Assembly (NCBI GenBank): GCA_001818705.1
Contig: MHJM01000010.1
Coordinates: forward strand, 1-25,426
Source of the DNA: Candidatus Harrisonbacteria bacterium RIFCSPLOWO2_02_FULL_45_10c
GTDB lineage: Bacteria; Patescibacteriota; Minisyncoccia; UBA6257; 02-FULL-45-10c
Length of the DNA: 25,426 bases
Reading direction: 5' to 3'
In this document: in pieces, positions 1 to 8,279 of the stretch
Numbering within the stretch: position 1 is the stretch's first letter
Layout of the letters: every line of letters begins with the position of its first letter
The notes under the pieces: model-generated
What the model was told of the DNA's origin: nothing
The model's input: the letters and a program-made list of their open reading frames with translations, nothing else
Databases searched by the model: none
Program-made: the position numbers and the translations under genes

Positions 1-2
1 CT

Positions 3-449
3 TTTTTATCGGAAGTTACCAAAATTCCGATCATTAATTCCGGAAAAACCGGCGATACCACTTCGGATGCCTTAATCCGGCTTAACCAGGATGCGTTGGA
101 TTACCGTCCGGATGTCGTATTAGTGCTTTTGGGCGGGAACGATTTTTTGGCCGGTTACAGCGAAGAAGTTGTCCGCGCCAATCTTCAGGTGATAATCCGT
201 AAAATTAAGCAATCCGGTTCAAAGATTGTTCTGGTCGGCGTTTATAACGGCATCAGCCCCCAATATGAAAAAGTTTTTGAAAAATTGGCGCGCGATGAAA
301 AGGCGGACGGCTACGTGCCTAACGTTTTAAGCGGCATTTTATTCCGAAAGGATTTATTATATGATACCTTGCACCCGAATGAGCGCGGGCATGAAATTAT
401 CGCCGACCGGATCTTGCCGGTGCTTGAAAAAGTGCTGCGGGAAGAATAA
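3..449 (+). CDS. SGNH/GDSL-family esterase (TesA/arylesterase-like), 5'-truncated at the window edge
   Basis: Frame is open from nt 3 (FLSEVTKIPIINSGKTGDTTSDAL...). Contains block II NSGKTGDTT, block III GGND and block V DTLHPN. Confidence 0.85.
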   Translation, partial: FLSEVTKIPIINSGKTGDTTSDALIRLNQDALDYRPDVVLVLLGGNDFLAGYSEEVVRANLQVIIRKIKQSGSKIVLVGVYNGISPQYEKVFEKLARDEKADGYVPNVLSGILFRKDLLYDTLHPNERGHEIIADRILPVLEKVLREE

Positions 450-468
450 TAATATATATGTAATCTTC

Positions 469-539
469 GCCCCCATAGCTCAATGGTAGAGCAGCTGCCT
501 TTTAAGCAGTTGATCTTGGTTCGATTCCAAGTGGAGGCA
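469..539 (+). tRNA. tRNA-Lys (anticodon TTT), CCA not encoded
   Basis: Cloverleaf: acceptor GCCCCCA/TGGAGGC (one C-A mismatch), D stem GCTC/GAGC, anticodon stem GCTGC/GCAGT with loop CTTTTAA, T arm CTTGG-TTCGATT-CCAAG. Confidence 0.95.
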
Positions 540-548
540 CAAGAATTC

Positions 549-734
549 GGATTTTCTTTTTTAGAACGCGGGCTCCGGCATAGACAAAATTAATTCGCTC
601 GTAGCGTAAAAATTTCACCCTAGTCACCCAGCACCTTTGTCCAAAGGTGCTGGGTTCCTGGGTATCCCGAAATTTTTACTGCTCACTCAAAGTTTTGTAG
701 CTATGCCTCCGCAATGTTCTAAAAAAGAAAATCC
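549..734. repeat. Palindromic element family A, copy A1
   Basis: Perfect 19-bp outer inverted repeat 549-567/716-734, inner 11-bp stem 606-616/669-679 and a 28-nt hairpin 627-654. Shares CACCCTAGTC and CTCCGCAATGTT with A2 and A3. Confidence 0.9.
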
Positions 735-796
735 TCATTTACTGGTTAATTTGTTTACGCTTTGATATTATAATTTTAATAGCCAATTTGATTTTA

Positions 797-1510
797 ATGG
801 AAAATCCGATTTTAAAAGTTTCAAATCTTACGGTTGCTTTCGGAAAAGAAATTGTAATTGACAATCTTGATTTTGAAATTCAGAAAGGCGATGTGCTGGC
901 GGTTATCGGCCCGAATGGCGCCGGCAAAACCACGCTTTTTAAGGCCTTGCTCGGAATGATTCCTTATCGGGGAACGGTTGCTTGGGCGGCTGGCGTGCGA
1001 ATCGGCTACGTGCCCCAGCGGATGGAAATTGAAACCGATGTTCCATTGACTGTTTATGAGTTTTTAGCTTTGCGGCAGAGCGCTGGTTTTTCCAGAGAAA
1101 AAGCCGAAGAAGCGGTGGCATCGGTATTGCTGCCGAAAGAAATTTTAAATTCCGGCCTCGGCTCCGTATCGGTCGGCCAGCGGCAAAGGATTTTAATCGC
1201 CTGGGCGCTGCTCGGCAAACCATCGGTGCTTCTGTTTGACGAACCGACGGCAGATATCGATATCCGCGGCCAGGAATCCATTTATCAGCTGCTTCACCAT
1301 CTTCAGGATAAATATAATTTTACGGTTATTTTGATTTCCCATGATTTGAATATCGTTTATAAATACGCGGAGCAGGTCTTGTGCCTGAACCGGCAGAAAA
1401 TTTGTTTTGGGCCGCCGGCGGAAGTATTAAGCCCGGAGCAGATGCAGCATTTATACGGCGGCGAGCACGCGTTTTACCATCATTTAGGCCAGCACGGGCA
1501 TCAGCATTAA
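797..1510 (+). CDS. znuC: Zn/Mn ABC transporter ATP-binding protein
   Basis: Walker A GPNGAGKT, signature-like SVGQRQR, Walker B LLFDEPT, and a His-rich C-terminal tail. ATG at 797 preferred over the TTG at 788. Confidence 0.85.
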   Translation: MENPILKVSNLTVAFGKEIVIDNLDFEIQKGDVLAVIGPNGAGKTTLFKALLGMIPYRGTVAWAAGVRIGYVPQRMEIETDVPLTVYEFLALRQSAGFSREKAEEAVASVLLPKEILNSGLGSVSVGQRQRILIAWALLGKPSVLLFDEPTADIDIRGQESIYQLLHHLQDKYNFTVILISHDLNIVYKYAEQVLCLNRQKICFGPPAEVLSPEQMQHLYGGEHAFYHHLGQHGHQH

Positions 1511-1514
1511 TATT

Positions 1515-2282
1515 ATGATTACCGGACAACTGATTGTGGGGGTCTCTATCGCGGTGGCAGCGAGCCTCTTAGGCGTCTTTGCGATTTTAAAGCGGATGTC
1601 GCTGGTAGGAGACGCGCTTTCCCATGTGGCGTTGCCGGGCATCGCGCTGGCGCTATTTTTCAAAATTAATCCGTTTGTCGGGGCGCTGGCGATTCTTTTA
1701 TTGGCGGTTATCGGCATCTGGTTTTTGGAGTACCGGAGCCAGCTTTCCGTGGATACGATTGTCGGAGTTTTTTTTACCGCCTCCTTGGCGCTCGGCGCGC
1801 TTTTTATTCCGGAATTTGAATTGCTGGAAGCGCTGTTTGGCGATATTTCCCAAGTGAGTAATTTCGATGTGATATTGTCGGTTATTTTTTCGTTATTCCT
1901 GATTATCGTGCTGATTGCCGTTCATAAAAAATTGGCGCTGCACATGGTTTCGCAGGAAATGGCCTATTCAGCCGGAGTGCGGCCAAAAACACTGGAGTTT
2001 ATTTATTTAATGCTTTTTGCCTTAGGCGTTGCATTAGGCATCCGTTTCGTCGGCGCCTTACTGATGGGCGCGCTGATCATTATTCCGGCCGCCGCGGCTA
2101 AAAATGTGGCCAAAAGCCTGCAGGGTTTCATGGTTTTAAGTTCGCTGTTCGGGGCGGTATCCGCCGTTTCCGGAATTTACCTGGCGCAAATTTTTCATTC
2201 CGCTCCCGGACCGATATTTATTTTAGCCGGCTCCGTAATTTTTATTATTTCCCTCGGGTGGAGGATTTTAGTAAAAAGGTGA
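1515..2282 (+). CDS. znuB: Zn/Mn ABC transporter permease (ABC-3 family)
   Basis: DALSHVALPG motif, LFGDI motif and VGALLMGALIIIPAAAA motif; multiple transmembrane helices; directly follows the ATPase gene. Confidence 0.88.
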   Translation: MITGQLIVGVSIAVAASLLGVFAILKRMSLVGDALSHVALPGIALALFFKINPFVGALAILLLAVIGIWFLEYRSQLSVDTIVGVFFTASLALGALFIPEFELLEALFGDISQVSNFDVILSVIFSLFLIIVLIAVHKKLALHMVSQEMAYSAGVRPKTLEFIYLMLFALGVALGIRFVGALLMGALIIIPAAAAKNVAKSLQGFMVLSSLFGAVSAVSGIYLAQIFHSAPGPIFILAGSVIFIISLGWRILVKR

Positions 2283-2342
2283 TTTCTTTTATTTAGTGGC
2301 CGGTATACAATAAAAATAGTCATTTGAACTCGGGAGGTTTCA

Positions 2343-2720
2343 TTGGCCGAACCGGAAGATTATAAGGATAAGATTTATCGCATAGTCGTACGCCGCCTTC
2401 CTAGGCAAGAGCGGGTTTGGGAGATTAGCACCAGATTTCGATTTACTGATTGTTACGAAGTATACGACCGGAAGTCCGATCTGGGAGAAACGGGCTATGA
2501 TTATCAGAATGATATGTCTTTTGACCGCCAGGCAAATCAACTTGCTGAGATTTTGTATAAAATCCATGGCATTCAGCGGGTAGTGATTGACCAGTACGAC
2601 GTTGATATCACCATCGGCCGCGCTTTTGACGATAAAGATAAGATTGTTGAGCAGGCTATCAATACCATTAAGATTTATATCCGCAGCAAAATAAGTAGTC
2701 CGTACGATAAAAGCCAATAA
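2343..2720 (+). CDS. Hypothetical protein, possible Nfu/NifU N-terminal-like domain
   Basis: GGAGG upstream of the TTG start. C-terminal half LAEILYKIHGIQRVVIDQYDVDITI resembles the Nfu_N pattern (recalled, not searched). Confidence 0.5.
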   Translation: MAEPEDYKDKIYRIVVRRLPRQERVWEISTRFRFTDCYEVYDRKSDLGETGYDYQNDMSFDRQANQLAEILYKIHGIQRVVIDQYDVDITIGRAFDDKDKIVEQAINTIKIYIRSKISSPYDKSQ

Positions 2721-2721
2721 T

Positions 2722-2750
2722 AAACAGCGTTGCTTCCCAACGCTGTTTTT
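2722..2750 (+). terminator. Intrinsic terminator
   Basis: 11-bp stem AAACAGCGTTG/CAACGCTGTTT with a 5-nt loop, followed by a T run. Confidence 0.75.
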
Positions 2751-2786
2751 GTTATTATTTTAGAACCTATCTAGGTTTTAATCATT

Positions 2787-3347
2787 ATGAAAAAGACTCT
2801 TCTGATTATTGGAATAGCGGCAGTATTTTTAGGAGGAATGTACTGGTGGCAGCAGGCAATTTTTTCCAGCCATTCTTCGGCGGTGGTAAAGACTAATTTC
2901 GGTGACATCACGATAGAATTTTTTGACCGCAAAGCGCCGAAGACGGTTGCTAATTTTCTTAATCTTGCCGGCAGCGGTTTTTACGATGGCACCGCTTTTC
3001 ACCGGGTGATTCCCGATTTTATGATCCAGGGCGGCGATCCTCTGAGCAAGGGCACTGATTGGTCGGATGACGGCGCCGGCGGTCCGGGGTATGCTTTTGA
3101 AGATGAGATTAACCAACATAAGCTGGTGCGCGGCACAATAGCGATGGCTAATGCCGGACCAAATACCAATGGCAGCCAGTTTTTTATCGTGACTGCGGAG
3201 GCAACGCCTTGGCTGGACGGCAAACATACGGTATTCGGCCGGGTGGTATCCGGAATGGAGGTGGTGGAAACAATAGAAAATTTGCCACGCAATCCAAATG
3301 ACCATCCGCTGCAGGCCGCTTTGATTAATAGCGTGGAGGTGAAATAA
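2787..3347 (+). CDS. Cyclophilin-type peptidyl-prolyl isomerase with an N-terminal membrane anchor or signal peptide
   Basis: [34 protein letters not shown] and LDGKHTVFG motifs; hydrophobic N-terminus. Confidence 0.93.
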   Translation: MKKTLLIIGIAAVFLGGMYWWQQAIFSSHSSAVVKTNFGDITIEFFDRKAPKTVANFLNLAGSGFYDGTAFHRVIPDFMIQGGDPLSKGTDWSDDGAGGPGYAFEDEINQHKLVRGTIAMANAGPNTNGSQFFIVTAEATPWLDGKHTVFGRVVSGMEVVETIENLPRNPNDHPLQAALINSVEVK

Positions 3348-3352
3348 TTTTT

Positions 3353-4597
3353 ATGAAAGCCCGTTCAATCATCTTGTTAATGATTTTGGTTATCGTTACC
3401 ATTATCGGCGGATTTTTTGTTTATCCGAAAGGGCCGGCGGCGGAGCAATTTGCCAATAAAATATTGCCCTGGAAATTAGGGCTGGATTTAGTAGGCGGCA
3501 GTTATTTGGTTTATAAAGTGGATATGGCCAGCGTGGCGCCGGCGGACCGCGATGCGGTAATGAACGGCCTTCGGGACGTGATTGAAAAACGGGTTAATTT
3601 GTTCGGCGTCAGCGAGCCGAGAGTATCGGCTTCCCAGGTAAGCGGCGAATATCGTTTGAACGTGGAGCTGGCCGGCATAAAAGATTTGAATGAAGCGATC
3701 CGGCAGATCGGCGAAACGCCGTTTCTGCAATTTTCCGAGGTGGAATTTAAAGAAGGGCAGGAAATTCCGGTATTCCGGACGACCGAACTGACCGGCCGCT
3801 ACGTAAAGGGTTCGCAGCTGGTTTTTGGACAGGCCAATCTTCCGGTGGTCAGCTTGGAGTTTAGCGGCGAAGGCGCAACGCTTTTTGAAGATATTACCAA
3901 GCGCAATGTCGGCAAAGAACTGGCGATTTTTCTGGACGGAAATCTCATTGAGGTGGCGCGGGTGAATGAACCGATTGCCGGCGGCCGGGCGCAGATTACC
4001 GGCATCCAAGATATTCAATCCGCCAAACAGCTGGTGGAAAGATTAAATGCCGGAGCGTTGCCGGCTCCGATCTCGCTCATTAATCAGCAGACTGTGAGCG
4101 CTTCGCTCGGACAAGATTCGTTGTTTAAAACAATTTGGGCCGGCATGTGGGGAACCATAGCGGTGATGCTGTTTATGCTGATATATTATCGGGGACTGGG
4201 ATTTTTTTCGGCCGTGGCGCTGCTTATATATGTAGTGCTGACTCTCGTAATTTTTAAGCTTTTTTCGGTAACTATGACGCTTGCCGGCATTGCCGGTTTT
4301 GTCTTATCCATTGGCATGGCGGTAGATGCCAATGTGCTTATTTTTGAAAGGACTAAAGAGGAAATCCGCCGCGGCTTGTCTAAAGTTGATGCCTTAGAGG
4401 AAGGATTTAAGCGGGCCTGGACGTCCATCCGCGATTCTAATCTGAGCACTATTTTGACGGCGCTGATTTTATATAATTTTACCTCCGGTTTCGTGAAAGG
4501 TTTTGCGCTGACGCTTTTTATCGGAGTGCTGGTCAGCATGTTTACGGCCATTACGGCGACCAGGAATTTATTGCGGGTATTTTATATTCGTTCTTAA
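3353..4597 (+). CDS. secD: Protein translocase subunit SecD
   Basis: LGLDLVGG, LNAGALP, IGMAVDANVLIFER and GFALTL motifs. Confidence 0.96.
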   Translation: MKARSIILLMILVIVTIIGGFFVYPKGPAAEQFANKILPWKLGLDLVGGSYLVYKVDMASVAPADRDAVMNGLRDVIEKRVNLFGVSEPRVSASQVSGEYRLNVELAGIKDLNEAIRQIGETPFLQFSEVEFKEGQEIPVFRTTELTGRYVKGSQLVFGQANLPVVSLEFSGEGATLFEDITKRNVGKELAIFLDGNLIEVARVNEPIAGGRAQITGIQDIQSAKQLVERLNAGALPAPISLINQQTVSASLGQDSLFKTIWAGMWGTIAVMLFMLIYYRGLGFFSAVALLIYVVLTLVIFKLFSVTMTLAGIAGFVLSIGMAVDANVLIFERTKEEIRRGLSKVDALEEGFKRAWTSIRDSNLSTILTALILYNFTSGFVKGFALTLFIGVLVSMFTAITATRNLLRVFYIRS

Positions 4598-4600
4598 GAT

Positions 4601-5488
4601 ATGTTTGACCTTATTAAATACAAAAATGTTTTTATCGGATTTTCCTTGATTCTGGTAATTGCGGCAGTGGCGGCAATGGCCGTATTTGGTTTCCGGCTGG
4701 GCATTGATTTTACCGGCGGCACGCTTTGGCAATTCCGTTTTAACGGCGATTCAGTAACTGTGCCGGCATTGGAAGATTTTTTTAAGGCTTCCGCCGGTTT
4801 GGAAAATATCAGCCTTAATACTGATTCGGACCAGAAGCTATTTTTGCTTCGAACTAATGAAATGAAAGAAGCCGACCATCAGCGGATTTCGGATTTACTG
4901 AAATCCCGTTTTCCGGGAATGGAGGAATTGCGTTTTGAGAGTATCGGACCGACGGTCGGAGACGAACTTCGCCGTAAAGCAGTATTAGCTTTTGTTTTGG
5001 TGTTAGTCGGAATTTCTCTGTATATTGCGTTTGCGTTCCGGAAAGTTTCCGAACCGGTAAGTTCCTGGAAATATGGCTTGATAACTTTAGTGACGCTTTT
5101 TCACGACGCTCTGATTCCAGCCGGTTTGTATGCCGTATTAAGCCATTGGCAGGGGGTAGAAATTGACACTAATTTTATTGTGGCGCTATTGGTGATTATG
5201 GGTTTTTCGGTCCATGATACGATTGTGGTTTTTGACCGGATCCGGGAAAATCTTCGCGTCCAGAAAAATAAGAAATTGCCAGAAATTATTAATATGAGCG
5301 TTAACCAGACTTTCGCCCGGTCAATCAATACGTCCTTAACTTTAATATTGGTATTGCTGGCTTTGTATTTTTTAGGGTCCGCCACGCTGCAATATTTTGT
5401 TTTGATTATTTTAATCGGTACGGTTATCGGCACTTACTCCTCAATTTTTGTTGCCAGTCCACTGCTGACGTTTTTTACTAAGGAATAA
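4601..5488 (+). CDS. secF: Protein translocase subunit SecF
   Basis: LGIDFTGG, IGPTVG, GFSVHDTIVVFDRIREN and GTYSSIFVA motifs. Confidence 0.96.
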   Translation: MFDLIKYKNVFIGFSLILVIAAVAAMAVFGFRLGIDFTGGTLWQFRFNGDSVTVPALEDFFKASAGLENISLNTDSDQKLFLLRTNEMKEADHQRISDLLKSRFPGMEELRFESIGPTVGDELRRKAVLAFVLVLVGISLYIAFAFRKVSEPVSSWKYGLITLVTLFHDALIPAGLYAVLSHWQGVEIDTNFIVALLVIMGFSVHDTIVVFDRIRENLRVQKNKKLPEIINMSVNQTFARSINTSLTLILVLLALYFLGSATLQYFVLIILIGTVIGTYSSIFVASPLLTFFTKE

Positions 5489-5494
5489 ACGCTC

Positions 5495-5669
5495 AACCAA
5501 CTATCTCGCCAACCGCTGCTCCGGCACAGACAAAATAGATTCGCTCGCTTAACGGAATATTTCCACCCTAGTCGCCCAGCACCTTTGTCTAAAGGTGTTG
5601 GGCGGAAATATTCCTACTCGCTCATCATTTTGTAGCTATGTCTCCGCAATGTTGGCTCAATAGTTAGTT
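5495..5669. repeat. Palindromic element family A, copy A2
   Basis: Begins 6 nt after the secF stop. Stems GCCAAC/GTTGGC and GGAATATTTCC/GGAAATATTCC (5554-5564/5604-5614). Same 28-nt hairpin as A1 with 2 substitutions. Confidence 0.9.
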
Positions 5670-5689
5670 TCGCGTATTAATCTAAACGA

Positions 5690-5825
5690 GCTACCTATCT
5701 TTCGTGCGGCAATTTCGGAGCTCGGAAAAGCATGGTCTCCGCAAAGCGGAGTTTTCCGAGCGAGATATAGGAACGCCCCACCGCAGGAGTGGGGCGATTC
5801 CGGTGCCGGTAGGAAGATAAGTAGC
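5690..5825 (+). repeat. Structured element family B, copy B1
   Basis: Closing stem 5690-5703/5812-5825; conserved GTGCGGCAA, GCATGGT, GAGATATAG and CCGGTGCC. A 52-nt block matches B4 with 2 mismatches. Confidence 0.92.
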
Positions 5826-5834
5826 GAGCGACTA

Positions 5835-5863
5835 TTGACCTTAATTTTGAATTGTGGTATTCT
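5835..5863 (+). promoter_or_regulatory. Sigma70-type promoter
   Basis: TTGACC-17 nt-TATTCT with TG upstream of the -10 box; 10 nt before the ATG at 5874. Confidence 0.65.
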
Positions 5864-5873
5864 TTTATCAATT

Positions 5874-6923
5874 ATGAATGTCAGTGTTTCCAAGATAATT
5901 ACCAGCCTCCTTGCGGGACTTGATGCTAAAAAGCGTGAGGTTATCGAAGGCCGCTACGGGCTAAGGGATGGCGAGCAGAAAACCCTCGCTGAATTGGGAT
6001 CAAAATATGCCGTAACCAGAGAGCGGATCCGCCAGATTGAGGCAGGCGCTTTTGAAGACTTGCAGGCGGTCGCCGGCAAGAGCGCCGAAATCGGCCAATT
6101 CGTTAATTTGGTGAAGACCCATATTAAAAATATCGGCGGCGTTCGCCGGGAAGTTTTGCTTTTGAGCGATCTTAGAGCGATGATTGGCGATCCGAATACC
6201 GCTAATTTGAGCAGCAAGGTCAAGCTGATTTTGGAGGTGGCGGGAGAGCCGAAGTTTTGCTCGGATGGCCGGGAATTTCATTCTTACTGGTATTTAAACG
6301 AAGAGGACCGGAAAAAGGCGACTACTTTAGTGGCTAAATTAGCCAATTGGCTAAATGGCCGGAAAGACCAAGAAACCATCAGCCATGAAAAAGTAGACTC
6401 CTTTTTCAATGAGGCGATCAAGCCGCATAATTTGAAAGATCTGGTGGCCCTTAATTACGTTTCCATGTCCAAGCTTTTCCACGTCAATCACTTCGGAGAT
6501 TTCGGGCTTTCGGAATGGCCGAGCGTGAATCCGCGGACCGTCCGGGACTGGGTATATTTGGTTTTGAAAAAGCACGCCAAGCCGGCGCATTTTGAAAATA
6601 TCGCGGCGATGATCAATAAAGTCCGGAAAGATTCCAAAGTGGCCCATCCGCAAACTGTTCATAATGAACTTATTAAAGACCAGCGGTTTATTTTAGTGGG
6701 CCGGGGAATGTACGGTTTGAAAGAATTCGGGCTAATGCCCGGGACTGCCCGGGAAGTGATGTCCCGGCTATTAAAACAGCACGGTCCGCTTACTCCGAAA
6801 GAGCTTTTGGGATTGGTTCTGAAAGAACGCCTTTTGAAAAAGAATACGATTCTTATTAATCTGCAGAACAAGAAATATTTTAAACGCCTGGAAGACGGGC
6901 GCTATACTTTGCACCTCGTCTAA
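5874..6923 (+). CDS. Sigma70 region-4 HTH protein with C-terminal winged-helix (HARE-HTH/RNAP delta-like) repeats
   Basis: N-terminal RYGL...KTLAELG...VTRERIRQIE is a sigma 4.2 helix-turn-helix. No region 2 seen. C-terminal TVHNELIKDQRFILVGRGMYGL and FKRLEDGRYTL. Start moved to the ATG at 5874. Confidence 0.75.
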   Translation: MNVSVSKIITSLLAGLDAKKREVIEGRYGLRDGEQKTLAELGSKYAVTRERIRQIEAGAFEDLQAVAGKSAEIGQFVNLVKTHIKNIGGVRREVLLLSDLRAMIGDPNTANLSSKVKLILEVAGEPKFCSDGREFHSYWYLNEEDRKKATTLVAKLANWLNGRKDQETISHEKVDSFFNEAIKPHNLKDLVALNYVSMSKLFHVNHFGDFGLSEWPSVNPRTVRDWVYLVLKKHAKPAHFENIAAMINKVRKDSKVAHPQTVHNELIKDQRFILVGRGMYGLKEFGLMPGTAREVMSRLLKQHGPLTPKELLGLVLKERLLKKNTILINLQNKKYFKRLEDGRYTLHLV

Positions 6924-6990
6924 TCTCGGCGGCAACAGTCGGTCGTCTAGTTCATTTTGTTCTTTTAATAATTAGCCTTAAAATAAGTAT

Positions 6991-8277
6991 ATGGAGTTCG
7001 GGGATTTTGCTTTAGGAGTCGGCAGAATAGTAGTCCAGATCTTTTCTATCAGCTGGTGGGTGCTTTTGCCTGTCGGTTTGTTTTTTATTTGGCATCATTT
7101 TTGGTTTTGGGGCTTAAACCGCCTGTGGCGGAAAAAACAGTCCTGGGTGCTTTTAGAGATTAAGATCCCGAGAAATATATTGAAAACTCCGAAAGCGATG
7201 GAAAACGTCTTTTCGGCCCTGCACGCGATGTATATCCGTCCGATGGGATTTGAAGATATTTATTTTAAAGGCGAAGAATTGTTTTGGTTTACCTGCGAAC
7301 TGGTCGGCTATGCCGGCGGAGTCAGTTTTTACATCCGCTGCTTGAAGGGATTCCGGAACCTTGTTGAGTCCGCCGTTTACGCGGAATATCCGGATGCCGA
7401 ATTGCACGAAGCGGAAGATTATACCGAACTGATGCCTAACGTGCTGCCGAACGATATTTATGATTTGTGGGGAAATGATTTTATATTGGCAAAAGAAAAT
7501 CCGTATCCGATCCGCACCTATCCATTTTTTGAAGCGAATGTTGACGAACAGCGGCTGGACCCGGTAGCTGCGATTACCGAAGTGATGTCCCGCCTTAAAG
7601 AAGGCGAGGCGATTTGGCTTCAATATTTATTGCGTCCGGTGCCGGGCGACTGGAAAAAAGAGGGAGAGGAACTGAGGGATAAAATGATGGAACGGAAAAA
7701 AGAGAAGCCAAAAGGATTGCTGGAAGGAATAGTTGAAGGATTAGTCCAATTTCTGAAGAATCTTTCCTTGGCAACCGTAGAATCTCCAAATTGGCCGGGA
7801 CAGGAAAAAAAAGAGGAAAAATTTAAGATGTTGCATCAATCTCCGGGAGAAAAACTGATACTTGAGGGGATTGACAATAAAATATCCAAACTCGGTTTTG
7901 AAGCGGCAATCCGGTTTATCTATATTGACCGGCAGGATAGTTTTTCGCCGGCTAATATTTCGGCAGTCTTCGGCGCGATCCGGCAGTGGAATACTTTAGA
8001 CATGAATGCGTTTAAACAATTAAGCGATACGGTGACATTTGTCACGTCCAGGAAATTGACCATTCAAAGCTGGTTCCGGAAAAGCCGGGTGTACCTAAAA
8101 AAACGATTGATATATGAGATGTACAAGTTACGTTGGTTTCCGCCGAAACATTCGGTTTTGAATACGGAAGAATTGGCGACGATTTTCCATTTTCCGCTGG
8201 TGACCGTGGAGGCGCCGCTTTTGCGCCGGTTAGATAGCAAGAAAGGTGAGCCGCCGTCTAATTTACCCATAGAATAA
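6991..8277 (+). CDS. Conserved membrane-anchored hypothetical protein, partner of the downstream ATPase
   Basis: N-terminal Trp-rich TM helix, LLEIKIP motif and C-terminal LNTEELATIFHFP; 2-nt gap to the ATPase gene. Confidence 0.75.
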   Translation: MEFGDFALGVGRIVVQIFSISWWVLLPVGLFFIWHHFWFWGLNRLWRKKQSWVLLEIKIPRNILKTPKAMENVFSALHAMYIRPMGFEDIYFKGEELFWFTCELVGYAGGVSFYIRCLKGFRNLVESAVYAEYPDAELHEAEDYTELMPNVLPNDIYDLWGNDFILAKENPYPIRTYPFFEANVDEQRLDPVAAITEVMSRLKEGEAIWLQYLLRPVPGDWKKEGEELRDKMMERKKEKPKGLLEGIVEGLVQFLKNLSLATVESPNWPGQEKKEEKFKMLHQSPGEKLILEGIDNKISKLGFEAAIRFIYIDRQDSFSPANISAVFGAIRQWNTLDMNAFKQLSDTVTFVTSRKLTIQSWFRKSRVYLKKRLIYEMYKLRWFPPKHSVLNTEELATIFHFPLVTVEAPLLRRLDSKKGEPPSNLPIE

Positions 8278-8279
8278 CT

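Noticed and set aside
472-535. C-A mismatch in the tRNA-Lys acceptor stem as a sign of editing or a pseudogene
   Set aside because: A single mismatch is commonly tolerated and the rest of the cloverleaf is canonical.
5762-5770. GAGATATAG as a group I intron S element
   Set aside because: No matching P, Q or R elements or P7 pairing; the element is too short, and it is antisense in mnmA.
5658-5837. Alternative pairing between the right arm of A2 and the flank of B1 (CAATAG/CTATTG)
   Set aside because: Only 6+4 bp, too short to distinguish from chance.
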